Shown here piece by piece: positions 10,068 to 21,028 of a stretch of 64,000 nucleotides of DNA. Made by a program: the position numbers and the translations under genes. Each line of letters starts with the position of its first letter. The first letter of the stretch is position 1. The stretch lies in contig CAMUZZ010000001.1 in the NCBI GenBank assembly GCA_947165355.1, positions 2,067 to 66,066 of the forward strand, given 5' to 3'. The stretch is from an uncultured Clostridium sp. (GTDB lineage: Bacteria; Bacillota; Clostridia; TANB77; CAG-508). The notes beneath the pieces were generated by a model. It worked only from the letters and a program-made list of their open reading frames with translations, was not told where the DNA came from and did no database searches.

Positions 10068-10220
10068 TTTTATATTTCACTCCTTTATTATTTTTAAGGT
10101 ATGCACCTTAGACATATATTATAGCACAAAAAAAGCATTAAGTCTATAAATGAATCTTTTTACATTACAATACCTTCTAAAAATTTTAAAAGGTTTTATT
10201 TTGTAACCCAATAAAAAAAA

Positions 10221-10256
10221 TAAAACCAATAGAGACATCTCTATTGGTTTTTATAT
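10221..10256. terminator. Rho-independent terminator downstream of the TasA-like gene
   Basis: AAAACCAATAGAGA / TCTCTATTGGTTTT hairpin flanked by A and T runs. Confidence 0.6.
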
Positions 10257-10273
10257 TTAGTTATTATTATCTA

Positions 10274-10900
10274 TTAAAATTCTGCCCATACATCAGCTGG
10301 AGCGTCTGAAGCTAATCCGTTTGCTTGGATACCATATCCTGTTACATCTATGTCTAATGAAACATTGTTAGTTGTTATTGCTGTTGCAGAAGCATCATTA
10401 ATTTCGATAAATGTTACGTCATCGAATACAGTAGCTGCACCATTTACTGCTAATGGTGCCATAGCCCCATTACCATCTGTATATGCGAAAACATGTGTTT
10501 TTTTATGATTTGTTGAATCTACAGCTGCTGTTCCAACTTCAACCCAACCATTATTTAAAGTGTATGTGAATAACTCTTGATCATGTGCTGGAGTACTATT
10601 AGCTTCCTCAGCTACAGTTTGAACTGAGTAATAAGGAATAGATACTTGAACAAATACAAATGCATCATCATTTCCTGCATTTGTTATTGTTGGGTCCTTA
10701 TCTACAGTTTCACCTGGCATTATTGTTTTTCCATCTTGAGCATAATCCCAGTTAGGCTCCGTTAACGTTATATCTACATTTCCTAATGTAAATACGTTTG
10801 TTGTAGTACTTGTAATGTCTGTAAAGTATGCAAATATTCCTCCTATTAGTAACAACACTAAAAGAACTACTGCTAATAAAGTAATCTTATTTTTCTTCAT
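10274..10900 (-). CDS. TasA/camelysin-family secreted protein (SipW-cognate signal peptide type)
   Basis: MKKNKITLLAVVLLVLLLIGGIFAYFTDITSTTTNVFT... has the AYFTD signature. Start at 10900 after GGGAGAG; the ORF-track N-terminal extension is probably not translated. Confidence 0.7.
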   Translation of the reverse strand: MKKNKITLLAVVLLVLLLIGGIFAYFTDITSTTTNVFTLGNVDITLTEPNWDYAQDGKTIMPGETVDKDPTITNAGNDDAFVFVQVSIPYYSVQTVAEEANSTPAHDQELFTYTLNNGWVEVGTAAVDSTNHKKTHVFAYTDGNGAMAPLAVNGAATVFDDVTFIEINDASATAITTNNVSLDIDVTGYGIQANGLASDAPADVWAEF

Positions 10901-11195
10901 ATGTTCTCTCTCCCTTTCTTTTGTGCAAAAGCTTATATTTACGCTTTTTATAAGCTTTTCACCTTGTTTTACGTAAATTTCTTTACCTATTATCAATAAA
11001 ATAATACCATAACGATTTTTTTAAGTCAACAATAAAAAACAAATTTTTTATTCCTTTTTTTACAAAAATTTTTAAAATGCTTTATATCATTTCGTTTATT
11101 GAATTCAAAATTTTTATTTTTTTTTATTTTTCTTTCAAATACACAGAAAATATATTATAATATCAAAAAATGTTATGTTAAAGAAGGATTAAAAT

Positions 11196-12503
11196 ATGAA
11201 AATAACAAAATACGAAACATGTGAAAGCAAAAATATATACTTAAAAGTATCAAAACAAAAACATAAACGCTTTAAACCATCAATTGAATTTGAGGTAATT
11301 AACTTGTACCCAAATATTACCTATCAAAAATTCTATGGTATTGGCGGAGCAATAACTGAAGCCGCAGCATACAACTATAGCCTTCTTTCAGAAGATAAGA
11401 AAAAACAATTTATAAAAGATTATTTTGGAAATATAAATTATTCCCTATGTAGGCTAACTATTGGAAGTTGCGACTTTTCACTAAGTTATTACAACTACAC
11501 AAATACCAAAGATTTATCCGATTTTGATATGTCTAGAGATGAAAAATATATTATTCCATTCATAAAAGACGCTTTGGAAGTTAATCCAAACTTAAAATTT
11601 TTAGCTTCTCCTTGGAGTCCACCAAAATTTATGAAGAATAATAAAAGAAGTATTTTAGGAGGAAAGTTAGCTAAAAAATACAGACAAATATATAGTAATT
11701 TTTTAGTAAAATATATAAAAACCTACGAAGAACACGGAATAAAAATAGACTACATTACTATTCAAAACGAAACAAGTGCAAGACAGCTTTGGGAATCTTG
11801 TATTTACACAGCTAAAGATGAGGCTACATTTTTGTCAGACTACCTATACCCTACTTTTAAAAATAATGGTATTACCACAAAAATACTGGTTCATGATCAT
11901 AATAAAGACAATATATTTAACAGAGCATGCTCTATTTTTGAAAATTCTAATGCAGAGCAAGCTGCTTCTGGAATAGCTTTTCATTGGTACACAGGAAGCC
12001 ATTTTGAAAACATTGCTCTTTGCAGAGCTAAATTTCCAAATATGCTTTTATTTCATACAGAAGGTTGCTGTGGTTATTCAAATAATCACACCGAAGATGC
12101 ATACCAATACGCAATTGATATGATAGAAGATTTTAATAATGGAACTAATGCATATATAGATTGGAATATTTTGCTAAATAGCAAAGGTGGTCCACATCAT
12201 GTTATAAACCCATGCAACAGTCCAGTTATGCTTAATAATGATAGCACTGATTATATAAAAAATTTGCCATATTATTATATAGGGCATTTTTCAAAACTAA
12301 TAAAACCAGGGGCTGTTAGAATTGCATACAGTAAGTACACTCAAAACATTCATATGACTGCTTTTAAAAATACTGATAACAGTATTGCTGTTGTAATCTT
12401 AAATGCGAATACTTACGATATAAACTATAGAGTTTGCTTTGATAAAACAACTTTCAAAGATACGATAGCAGGAAAATCTATGATAAGCTATTTGATAAAG
12501 TAA
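11196..12503 (+). CDS. Glycoside hydrolase family 30-like (O-glycosyl hydrolase)
   Basis: 435-aa TIM-barrel GH30-like sequence; good RBS (AAGAAGGA). Confidence 0.7.
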   Translation: MKITKYETCESKNIYLKVSKQKHKRFKPSIEFEVINLYPNITYQKFYGIGGAITEAAAYNYSLLSEDKKKQFIKDYFGNINYSLCRLTIGSCDFSLSYYNYTNTKDLSDFDMSRDEKYIIPFIKDALEVNPNLKFLASPWSPPKFMKNNKRSILGGKLAKKYRQIYSNFLVKYIKTYEEHGIKIDYITIQNETSARQLWESCIYTAKDEATFLSDYLYPTFKNNGITTKILVHDHNKDNIFNRACSIFENSNAEQAASGIAFHWYTGSHFENIALCRAKFPNMLLFHTEGCCGYSNNHTEDAYQYAIDMIEDFNNGTNAYIDWNILLNSKGGPHHVINPCNSPVMLNNDSTDYIKNLPYYYIGHFSKLIKPGAVRIAYSKYTQNIHMTAFKNTDNSIAVVILNANTYDINYRVCFDKTTFKDTIAGKSMISYLIK

Positions 12504-12517
12504 AAGTGGTGGAAGCT

Positions 12518-13033
12518 CTAGCTTCCACCACTTTCTTTTGACAATTTTTGCATCTTTCTTTCGTCTATAACCGTATACATGAATATAGCTAGTACTATCA
12601 TTAAAACAATCAGCTCGTTTTCTTCTTCACATATACTAATTTTAAGATTGTTTTTATCATCGTTCGATATAACAGCAACAGTTTTATTATCATCTTTAAT
12701 TTCATAAATTCCTTTTATCATTTTGAAATTTATATTCCAGCCATTGTCTATGATATACGATTCCTTTAATAAATTAAACTTTTTCTTAAATCTTGCAACT
12801 TCTTTATTGTTTATTTTGAATACAAAATCATGTTTTTCATATAATCTAAAGCTTCTTTTGCTTTGTTGTATCATCGCTACTTTTTTACCAAATTTATTAC
12901 AAATATTTAAATATGGTTTATGAGAAATAATTCTACCTTTTACAAAATATTTTAGCTTTTTGTCATTTGTATAAACTTTATATTTACCTCTTGCAATGTT
13001 TTTAGAGTTTATTATTAGTATACTATCTTCCAT
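12518..13033 (-). CDS. Hypothetical protein (possibly tubby C-terminal-like/LURP-one-related) with a C-terminal hydrophobic helix
   Basis: 171-aa ORF. Low complexity but codon usage is consistent with the genome. Confidence 0.45.
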   Translation of the reverse strand: MEDSILIINSKNIARGKYKVYTNDKKLKYFVKGRIISHKPYLNICNKFGKKVAMIQQSKRSFRLYEKHDFVFKINNKEVARFKKKFNLLKESYIIDNGWNINFKMIKGIYEIKDDNKTVAVISNDDKNNLKISICEEENELIVLMIVLAIFMYTVIDERKMQKLSKESGGS

Positions 13034-13042
13034 ATATAACTA

Positions 13043-13609
13043 CTAGCCTCCATAAAGCAATTTATCCTTTTCAATTTTATTTTTATATCTTTCTTCCTCG
13101 CTAAATATGCATCCGCAATATTTTTGCATATATAGGTTTAACTCATTTTTTGCTTTATCATGACCTTCCCAAAAACCCACTCTAAAGTCTCTGTATAAAA
13201 AGTCTACTCCATACTCCTTGCTATACTGCTCACAAAGCATTTTTATATAATCGTGCTTTTGATAAATACTATATAATAATGTAGTAGATACTGTATCATA
13301 TCCATTTTCCTTTGCGTACTCAAATGTCTTTTTTAATCTGACTGGGTAGCAATATTTTACGCATCTTCCTTCTATATTGCTAGATACTTCCTTGCAAAAG
13401 TTATCTAAACCATATTCATCATTAAAAATAATATTTAATTTTTCGTGCTCTGCATATTCTTTTATGCATTCTCTTCTTTCCCTGTATTCCATATATGGAT
13501 GAATGTTGGGGTTATACCAATATAGAGTTGGTTCTATGCCTTCCGCTCTTAAAGAGTCCACGCAGTAAACACTACATGGAGCACAACAAGCATGCATTAA
13601 TAATTTCAT
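13043..13609 (-). CDS. queH: Epoxyqueuosine reductase QueH (DUF208)
   Basis: MKLLMHACCAPCSVY ... YNPNIHPYMEY signature. Confidence 0.85.
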   Translation of the reverse strand: MKLLMHACCAPCSVYCVDSLRAEGIEPTLYWYNPNIHPYMEYRERRECIKEYAEHEKLNIIFNDEYGLDNFCKEVSSNIEGRCVKYCYPVRLKKTFEYAKENGYDTVSTTLLYSIYQKHDYIKMLCEQYSKEYGVDFLYRDFRVGFWEGHDKAKNELNLYMQKYCGCIFSEEERYKNKIEKDKLLYGG

Positions 13610-13629
13610 TTCATTCTCCTTTAATTATT

Positions 13630-15219
13630 TTAATTTTCAATTTGATCCGCTTCTGCATTTTTTTCATTGTTTTCTTCTTTGCTTTGCTCTTCATCTTTTT
13701 GCCCATCATTACTGTTTTCTTCAGTAGTTTCTTTTGCTTTGTTTTCGTACACATCAAAGGCATTAACGCTATCAACCTTTTCCATATTTTCTAAAACATA
13801 CTCTCTAACTTTAAGTGGAGTTTGCCAATTTAATCCGTTTGTTTTACTAAGTATTAAATATTTTGCATCTGTATTTTTTATTCTTTCTATTTGCTTTTCT
13901 TCTCCTCCGGCACCTAAGTTTCCCACTAAAAATACATCAAAATCTTTAGTATACTTATCGATTGGAATTCTGTATACTGCACTCCTTGAATCTAAAACGT
14001 ATACTTCTTTATCTTGCGACAAAATATACTCATCTACATCTTTAATGGTATTTCTAATGCTTTTATCAATGATAATATATTTGAAATGATTTATTTCTTT
14101 ATATTTACTTAAATCACTTAAAGCATCTGTATTCTTAATTTCAACATATCCTGTAAGGAATACTACTACTAACGTAATCGCAATGCTTGCGAACTCTACA
14201 ATGTATTTATGCATTTTTTCCTTTATTTTTGGCAAAATTATTTTTATTAATTGATTAACCACATATCCCAAAAGAATTATTGTTGGTATACTTGCAATAA
14301 GCATATGTATTTCATCTGCTATTGGATACACAATTAAAAGAATTGGCAAGCAGTAAAATGTTAATGTATAAAAATTAGATTTTTCATTTTTCTTAATTTT
14401 AAACCAAATATTTTCCACAATAGATATAGCAATAATTATAGGAACCGCTATTGCAAATCCAGCTACTACTTTCTTACCTTTAATTAAATCAAAATATGGC
14501 TTTTTATTATTAAAAGTAGAAATACCCCATACACAATAATCCATAAAGCTTTCTACAGAACGAGTTACTAGCAAATATATTACAAAAATAACTATTGGAA
14601 TTGATATTCCTATTATTCTGTATAAACACTTTTTACACACATTTTTAAAATCCGATTTATTCTTAATAAAATAAAACTTATTTACTATTATTACGGAACA
14701 TATTAATATTCCAATTGTTTGCTTTGTGCATATTGCAAGTCCACCTAATATACCAATTATAATTTGATGTCTTTTTTTGTTACTATCAAAATATTTTATT
14801 TCTAGCAACATTACTATTAATCCTAAAGTAACTACAAAAAAATTGTAATCTAAACAAAAATAATCTTTAAAAACAATAGCAACTAATAGAACCGTTGCAT
14901 GCGCTACTAATTCGTTAACTTTAGCTTTTTTTAGAATTTTGTAAATTAAAGATAAATTCACCATGGCAAGTATAGCTGCCAAAATTCTGGTTACTATTAG
15001 TTCACTGCCAAATATTTTTAAAATACCGGCAACTATAAAACTTAATAAAGGTGTAACTATTGTTGTAACATCTTTGTATGGCAATAAACCATTTGCTATT
15101 GATCTTGCAACGTTAAAATTCCATATTTCATCTAAATCAAGTAATGGTTTAACTAGTATTGTTGATAGAACCATAATAGCTAAACACATCCAAAAAATTA
15201 CTTTTTTTATCTTGCTCAT
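13630..15219 (-). CDS. GT-C fold glycosyltransferase (PMT_2/ArnT-like), second paralog, with acidic C-terminal tail
   Basis: Multi-TM protein with DE motif (LDLDEIW) in the first loop and a C-terminal extracytoplasmic domain. Start MSKIKK at 15219 after GAGGAG. Confidence 0.65.
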   Translation of the reverse strand: MSKIKKVIFWMCLAIMVLSTILVKPLLDLDEIWNFNVARSIANGLLPYKDVTTIVTPLLSFIVAGILKIFGSELIVTRILAAILAMVNLSLIYKILKKAKVNELVAHATVLLVAIVFKDYFCLDYNFFVVTLGLIVMLLEIKYFDSNKKRHQIIIGILGGLAICTKQTIGILICSVIIVNKFYFIKNKSDFKNVCKKCLYRIIGISIPIVIFVIYLLVTRSVESFMDYCVWGISTFNNKKPYFDLIKGKKVVAGFAIAVPIIIAISIVENIWFKIKKNEKSNFYTLTFYCLPILLIVYPIADEIHMLIASIPTIILLGYVVNQLIKIILPKIKEKMHKYIVEFASIAITLVVVFLTGYVEIKNTDALSDLSKYKEINHFKYIIIDKSIRNTIKDVDEYILSQDKEVYVLDSRSAVYRIPIDKYTKDFDVFLVGNLGAGGEEKQIERIKNTDAKYLILSKTNGLNWQTPLKVREYVLENMEKVDSVNAFDVYENKAKETTEENSNDGQKDEEQSKEENNEKNAEADQIEN

Positions 15220-15239
15220 TTGTAATCTCCTCATTATTC

Positions 15240-16241
15240 CTATTTTATTTCATATCCCATGTGAGCATACGCTGAAGGCAATGCAATTCTTCCTCTTGGA
15301 GTTCTTGAAATAAATCCTATTTGAATTAAATATGGTTCGTATACATCCTCTATTGTATCTACCTCTTCTCCAACTGTTGTCGCTAATGCATCAATTCCAA
15401 CAGGTCTTCCATTGTACTTTTCAATTAAGGTTTCAAGTATTTTCCTATCGATATCATCCAATCCTAATTCATCTATTTCTAATCTATTTAGTGCAATTTT
15501 TGTTAGCTTTAAATCTACATCGTCATCTGAAAGCACTGCAGCATAATCTCTAACCCTCTTTAAAAGTCTGTTGGCTATTCTAGGTGTGCCTCTTGACCTT
15601 CTTGCAATTTCCTCTGCTGAAGAATCATCTATGTTAACACCTAAAATTTTCGCGGTTCTTTTTACTATCAGTGTTAATTGCTCTATTGTGTATAACTCTA
15701 GTCTGTTTACAATACCAAATCTATCTCTTAATGGTGTTGATAAAGATCCTGCCTTTGTTGTTGCGCCAATTAGCGTAAACTTTGGCAAATCTATTCTTAT
15801 AGATTTTGATGTTGGACCTTTACCAATAACAATGTCTAACGAAAAGTCTTCTAAAGCAGGATATAATATTTCTTCAACATTTTTGTTAAGTCTATGAATC
15901 TCATCTATAAATACAACATCGTTTTCAGATAAATTTGTAAGCAGTGCTGCTAGGTCTCCAGCTTTTTCTATTGCTGGACCTGATGTAACTTTTATGTTTG
16001 ACCCCATTTCATTAGCTATAATATTTGCTAATGTTGTTTTACCAAGACCAGGAGGTCCATATAGCAAAACATGGTCTAGAGCTTCCTCTCTTTTTTTAGC
16101 AGCTTCAATATATATTCCCATATTTTCTTTAACTTTTGTTTGTCCTATATAGTCTTTAAGAAATTTTGGTCTTATTGAATTTTCTAAATTTTCTTCATTA
16201 AAATCCTCTATTTGAGGATTCATAAGATTATTGCTGTCCAT
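15240..16241 (-). CDS. ruvB: Holliday junction branch migration helicase RuvB
   Basis: Walker [10 protein letters not shown], sensor motifs; full-length 333 aa. Confidence 0.95.
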   Translation of the reverse strand: MDSNNLMNPQIEDFNEENLENSIRPKFLKDYIGQTKVKENMGIYIEAAKKREEALDHVLLYGPPGLGKTTLANIIANEMGSNIKVTSGPAIEKAGDLAALLTNLSENDVVFIDEIHRLNKNVEEILYPALEDFSLDIVIGKGPTSKSIRIDLPKFTLIGATTKAGSLSTPLRDRFGIVNRLELYTIEQLTLIVKRTAKILGVNIDDSSAEEIARRSRGTPRIANRLLKRVRDYAAVLSDDDVDLKLTKIALNRLEIDELGLDDIDRKILETLIEKYNGRPVGIDALATTVGEEVDTIEDVYEPYLIQIGFISRTPRGRIALPSAYAHMGYEIK

Positions 16242-16317
16242 ATTTCTAGTACCTTTCTAATTTATTGTATACAAACTACAGCTCTTTTGCATATTGTGGC
16301 TGTTCTTATGCACATAT

Positions 16318-18219
16318 TTACTGTAGCAAATTATTTAATACTACCGAATTAGATATTGTAATTTCTTCTTCCATGCACTTTTTATAATAGTTAAGTAGCT
16401 CTCTTTCATCAGCAGAAGTTTCATCTAAATTAATTTTTTCACCGTTTGTTCTTCTGTACCATTCTCCATTATAGTAGTATTTGTCGACAACTATAATTCC
16501 ATTGCTTAAGCATGCAAAATTTTTATTTTTGCACATATTTGTTCCTAGCGAAAAACCATCATCTATACCGCTTATGCAAGCAAGTGTAGGTTTTATATCT
16601 AACTTACTTTTGGTTTCATTTATTTCCATATGGCTAACGCCAGGTATTTTAATTCCACAGCCTACCTTGGCATAGTTTATTTCAGATTCAACCATATTGT
16701 ATTGATGATCAGTATTTTCAATAAAATCAAGCATTTCTAGATTGTACATTTGCATTCCATAATGATCACCAAATATAAATATTACGGTATCATCGTAAAG
16801 TCCATTTTTCTTTAATTCGTCAATAAACACTCCAAAGGCATAATCTCCATAATTTGAAGCCTCTAGGTAATTTCCAAAGTATGTACCTTTATATTTTCCA
16901 ACATCAATATTTACCTTGTCGTATTTATTTTCAAGCCCCGGTAAATCAAATGCTGTATGGCAAGATGCTGCAACTATATTTGCAAAAAATTTTCCATTTT
17001 TTTGCTCTGCCTCTTTTAATTTTTGCACTCCTTGTTTGTATAATTCTTCATCAGAAAGCCACTCGTTTATAAGCAAACTATTGTCATCAAAGCTATCTAG
17101 AAAATCAACTTCATCAACACCCATATTTGCATAAACATTATTTCTATTCCAAAAAGTTCCTACGTTTCCATGCATATAAATAGTGTAATACCCGGCATTT
17201 TTGTACTCATCAAATATATTATCATATTTATTACTGCTATATTGTGCAAAAGCCATTCCATTTTCTAACGGATATAATGAATTTATGGCCGAATGTTCCG
17301 AATCTGCTGTTGTTGCATAACTTTGAATTATCATGTTATTTACTCGTATGTTTTCATTTAAGAATTTATTAATGTTTGGAGTAATTTCTTTTCCATTAAT
17401 TTTTTTATTAACTAGAAAATCTTGATACGACTCTAATTGTAGTAAAATTACGTTTTTTTGCTCTCCTAATCCACTTAAATTGCACAATTCTTTGTCGTAT
17501 TTTTTGTCGTATTCATCTTTTAACTCATTATACGATTTCATCATTTCGTCTTTTGATGTATACTTTGCTGTTTTCTTTAAATTCATGTTTGTTTTAAAAT
17601 CTAAATAATGAAACGCGTAAAGTGTACCATTTTCTAGCTGCATTTTTTTATTATATCTTATTTCTTCAGCTCCTGAAATATATGTTGGTATTGTAGAGCC
17701 AAATATAATAATCATAACCACTATGTATACAATAGCAGGTTTAAACTTTCTTCCTTTTATTTTTTCAAGTTTAATAAATTTAATAATAAATAAAATACAC
17801 ATTAATAGAATATCTATAAAATATACTATTTGTCCTATACTTAATAAATTTCCAATTGCATTTCCAATTTCTCCCGAATACTGAAGATTACTTATTTGAG
17901 CAACCGAAAGTAAACCGGTAGAATAATTGTAGTAAACATTATCACCAAGCATTAATATGCTAAGAAGAAGGTTTAGCAGTGTACCTACAATAAACCTAGT
18001 TCTATTTGGCAATAAAAACAAAAATGTTACTACAAACATTGAAAATATAAATGTTCTTGATATTATTTGTACTTCAATGCTTTCAGCAACATATATTGTT
18101 TGCTTATAGAAAAAGAACATTTTTAGAAACAATACTATTCCAAGTAAAATTATAAATAGTTCTGAATTAATTATTAAATTCAAGTATTTCTTTACTTTTT
18201 CTACAATATTCCCTTTCAT
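16318..18219 (-). CDS. LtaS-family phosphoglycerol transferase (lipoteichoic acid synthase-like; 5 TM + sulfatase domain)
   Basis: N-terminal polytopic segment followed by an alkaline-phosphatase/sulfatase-like extracellular domain. Confidence 0.8.
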   Translation of the reverse strand: MKGNIVEKVKKYLNLIINSELFIILLGIVLFLKMFFFYKQTIYVAESIEVQIISRTFIFSMFVVTFLFLLPNRTRFIVGTLLNLLLSILMLGDNVYYNYSTGLLSVAQISNLQYSGEIGNAIGNLLSIGQIVYFIDILLMCILFIIKFIKLEKIKGRKFKPAIVYIVVMIIIFGSTIPTYISGAEEIRYNKKMQLENGTLYAFHYLDFKTNMNLKKTAKYTSKDEMMKSYNELKDEYDKKYDKELCNLSGLGEQKNVILLQLESYQDFLVNKKINGKEITPNINKFLNENIRVNNMIIQSYATTADSEHSAINSLYPLENGMAFAQYSSNKYDNIFDEYKNAGYYTIYMHGNVGTFWNRNNVYANMGVDEVDFLDSFDDNSLLINEWLSDEELYKQGVQKLKEAEQKNGKFFANIVAASCHTAFDLPGLENKYDKVNIDVGKYKGTYFGNYLEASNYGDYAFGVFIDELKKNGLYDDTVIFIFGDHYGMQMYNLEMLDFIENTDHQYNMVESEINYAKVGCGIKIPGVSHMEINETKSKLDIKPTLACISGIDDGFSLGTNMCKNKNFACLSNGIIVVDKYYYNGEWYRRTNGEKINLDETSADERELLNYYKKCMEEEITISNSVVLNNLLQ

Positions 18220-18230
18220 TTTTTCTCCCT

Positions 18231-18710
18231 TTAATTATTATCTATGTAATTTTCAACTAGTTTTATAATTTCGTTTTCTTTACTTTCATATTTTTTAGGA
18301 TTGAAATTTTTCATTTCATTAATAACTTTACCTAAATGCTTTAAGTTTATTACATACTTTACATATCCATCTTGCTTAAACTTTCTAGCTATTTGAATTT
18401 GGTGGCTATTTACGTGTTCTCCATATCTTTTTAATCTTGGAACAACAATAACCTTTTTGCCCTTTTTTAAAGAAGAAACAATCGATCCAACACCACCATG
18501 GCATATAATTAAATCTGCTTGTGATTGTATTTTGTCAAATTCTTCTTTATCAATCAATGAGAAAAATCTCATATCTTTAGATTCATATTTTGTAAAACCA
18601 GATTGAACGATAACTTCGTCGTTTATAGTTCCATTGTTGATGTTCTCTTGCACGGCATCTAACAAACGAGTGAAGCTATTGTTTTGAGTTCCCAAAAGTA
18701 CTAAAATCAT
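18231..18710 (-). CDS. Glycosyltransferase 28 C-terminal domain protein (Alg13/EpsF/Cps14G-like)
   Basis: 159 aa, ICHGGVGSI motif. Paired with the adjacent Alg14-like gene. Confidence 0.7.
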   Translation of the reverse strand: MILVLLGTQNNSFTRLLDAVQENINNGTINDEVIVQSGFTKYESKDMRFFSLIDKEEFDKIQSQADLIICHGGVGSIVSSLKKGKKVIVVPRLKRYGEHVNSHQIQIARKFKQDGYVKYVINLKHLGKVINEMKNFNPKKYESKENEIIKLVENYIDNN

Positions 18711-18727
18711 TTATCTCACCCCAACCA

Positions 18728-19201
18728 TTATTGATATATTGATCCACCGTATACAGCCTTTGGATACAATTTTAACATGCTCTTCCATTGTACTATAAAC
18801 ATGTTGGCAATTGGATATATCATTTTGCCAGACAACGTTTTTGATCTTGAATTAGCATACGTTTCTATAAAAATAATTTTAGCACCGAAAATCTTGCCAA
18901 GATAACACATTGGAACTGCTGTATGAGTGCCTGTTGTTACAATATATTTGGGTCTTATTTTTATAAACAAATAAACTGTTTTAAAACATAAAAATAAATA
19001 TTTAAATATATATGAAAATATTTTGCTCCTTGTTCCATATGGCAAAAAGAAACATTTGTCACCATATTCTGATTTTATATTTTCATTAGTTTTGTCTTTT
19101 TCGGTTATTATGTATGAATCGTACTTTTTAAACAATGGTTTTAATTGTAGAAGTTCGCTGAAATGTCCACCAGTACTTGAAATAAACAATACTTTTTTCA
19201 T
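18728..19201 (-). CDS. Alg14-like oligosaccharide biosynthesis protein (EpsE/Cps14F-like membrane anchor subunit)
   Basis: 157 aa, FISSTGGHFSE N-terminus typical of the Alg14 family. Confidence 0.7.
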   Translation of the reverse strand: MKKVLFISSTGGHFSELLQLKPLFKKYDSYIITEKDKTNENIKSEYGDKCFFLPYGTRSKIFSYIFKYLFLCFKTVYLFIKIRPKYIVTTGTHTAVPMCYLGKIFGAKIIFIETYANSRSKTLSGKMIYPIANMFIVQWKSMLKLYPKAVYGGSIYQ

Positions 19202-19216
19202 ATAAATCCTTCCAAA

Positions 19217-20287
19217 CTACTCTTCTTTATTTTTCTTTAAAATATCTTTGTAACCCATTGCAAATATTGCAATAACCAATAATGCAAATGATGTTGCTTT
19301 CCAGATACCGCTTTCAAGCAGAATTATTGCAAACATTCCAAGTGTAGCTGTAACTGCATATAATATAAGTACCGCACTTTTTTGTGAATATCCTAAATCC
19401 ATTAATCTGTGGTGTAAATGACCTCTATCTGGTTGAAATACAGCCTTAATTGATTTTCCTTTAACAATTCTTCTTACAACTGCAAAAGCTGTATCGAATA
19501 TAGGTAATGCTAGAACTATTAATGGTGCAATAATTACAATTATTGTATATGTCTTAGCAACACCTAATATTGCAATTATAGAAATTGCAAATCCTAAAAA
19601 GTTAGAACCACAATCTCCCATATATGTTTTTGCAGGATTAAAGTTAAATGGTAAAAATCCAACAATACCACCAGCTAAAGCTGTTATAAGTAATATTGAA
19701 AGTAATGGTGAACCATTGCTTGCAAATATTATTAGAAGCGAAACACACGCAATTAACGTTATTCCTGAAGATAGTCCATCAAGACCATCTGTAAAATTAA
19801 TTGCATTTGTTATTCCAACTATCCAAAACCATGTAATAACGTATTCTAGCGCTCCATTTAAGTCTATTAAGTTATCAAATATTGGAATATTTATATCTCC
19901 TATTGTTATTCCAAACGCCATAACTACGCCAGCAGCAATAGTTTGTCCTAATAACTTTAAAAGTGGATGTATGTTTTTACAATCATCTATAAATCCAACT
20001 AATGAAATAATAGTTATTCCTAAGAAAAATCCAATTATCTTTAAATGATACTCATTAAACTCATATCTGTTTTCAATTTTCATTGAAACCAATAAATAGA
20101 TCATTGATACTAAAAATCCAGATAAAATTGCAAGTCCCCCTAAACGTGGCATTGGAACCTTATTAATTCTTCTTTCTGACGGAATATCCACAGCTTTTAT
20201 TTTTCTTGCAAATCTCATTGAATATGGTGTTACTACATATGCTGTTATAAATGCAAGAACAAATGCTATTGCTATATCTCCCCACAT
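19217..20287 (-). CDS. MraY/WecA-family polyprenyl-phosphate N-acetylhexosamine-1-phosphate transferase (TagO-like)
   Basis: 356 aa, 10-11 TM, DDxxN/DG motifs (FIDDCKN, NFTDGLDGL). Confidence 0.85.
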   Translation of the reverse strand: MWGDIAIAFVLAFITAYVVTPYSMRFARKIKAVDIPSERRINKVPMPRLGGLAILSGFLVSMIYLLVSMKIENRYEFNEYHLKIIGFFLGITIISLVGFIDDCKNIHPLLKLLGQTIAAGVVMAFGITIGDINIPIFDNLIDLNGALEYVITWFWIVGITNAINFTDGLDGLSSGITLIACVSLLIIFASNGSPLLSILLITALAGGIVGFLPFNFNPAKTYMGDCGSNFLGFAISIIAILGVAKTYTIIVIIAPLIVLALPIFDTAFAVVRRIVKGKSIKAVFQPDRGHLHHRLMDLGYSQKSAVLILYAVTATLGMFAIILLESGIWKATSFALLVIAIFAMGYKDILKKNKEE

Positions 20288-20300
20288 AATTATTTCTCCT

Positions 20301-21002
20301 TTACATTACCTTAACTATTTCTATATTACTGTAACCAACAAACAAACCTGTTTCGATTACACCTGTTATTAGCTTTAATTCTTTTTCTAAATTTTTATCA
20401 ATTTTTTCAAACTTGCAATCTATAATAAAGTTATTATTTTCTGTTATTACAGGTCCATCTTTTTCTTTTGCCATTCTTAGAGCACATTCCGTAGCTCCTA
20501 ATTTATTTAATTGTTCTGTAACGTAATTTACAGATTCTGGGTAACATTCAACTGGAATACTAAATTTTTTTCCAAGCTCATCAACAATTTTTGTATTGTC
20601 TACAAGTATGTATACTTTTTCAGAATTTAGAATATTTAGCTTTTCTTTGTACATTGCAGCGCCTCTGCCTTTTATAAGCCATCCATTTTGGTCAACTTCA
20701 TCAGCTCCATCAAAACTCCAATCTGGCTTTTTTTCTATTATTGAGGCTGTTGGAATATTTAAACTATTACACAACATTTTTATTTCATACGATGTAGGAA
20801 TTGCAGTTATGCTAATTCCTTCTTCGCTTATTTTTTTTGCAATTTCTTTTATTGCTAGAAAAGATGTTGACCCTGAACCAAAACCTATTGTATCTCCATC
20901 TTTAACGAAACTCGCAACTTTTGTAGCAAGTTTCATTTTTTCTTCAATATTTGTTATTTCCTTATTCCATTCTTGGTAATTATTCTCTATATTCCACTCC
21001 AT
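20301..21002 (-). CDS. rpiA: Ribose-5-phosphate isomerase A
   Basis: GFGSGSTSFLAIKEI motif, RpiA family. ATG at 21002 seven nt after GGAGGAAG. Confidence 0.75.
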   Translation of the reverse strand: MEWNIENNYQEWNKEITNIEEKMKLATKVASFVKDGDTIGFGSGSTSFLAIKEIAKKISEEGISITAIPTSYEIKMLCNSLNIPTASIIEKKPDWSFDGADEVDQNGWLIKGRGAAMYKEKLNILNSEKVYILVDNTKIVDELGKKFSIPVECYPESVNYVTEQLNKLGATECALRMAKEKDGPVITENNNFIIDCKFEKIDKNLEKELKLITGVIETGLFVGYSNIEIVKVM

Positions 21003-21028
21003 CAAACTTCCTCCAATTTTTCTATTTA

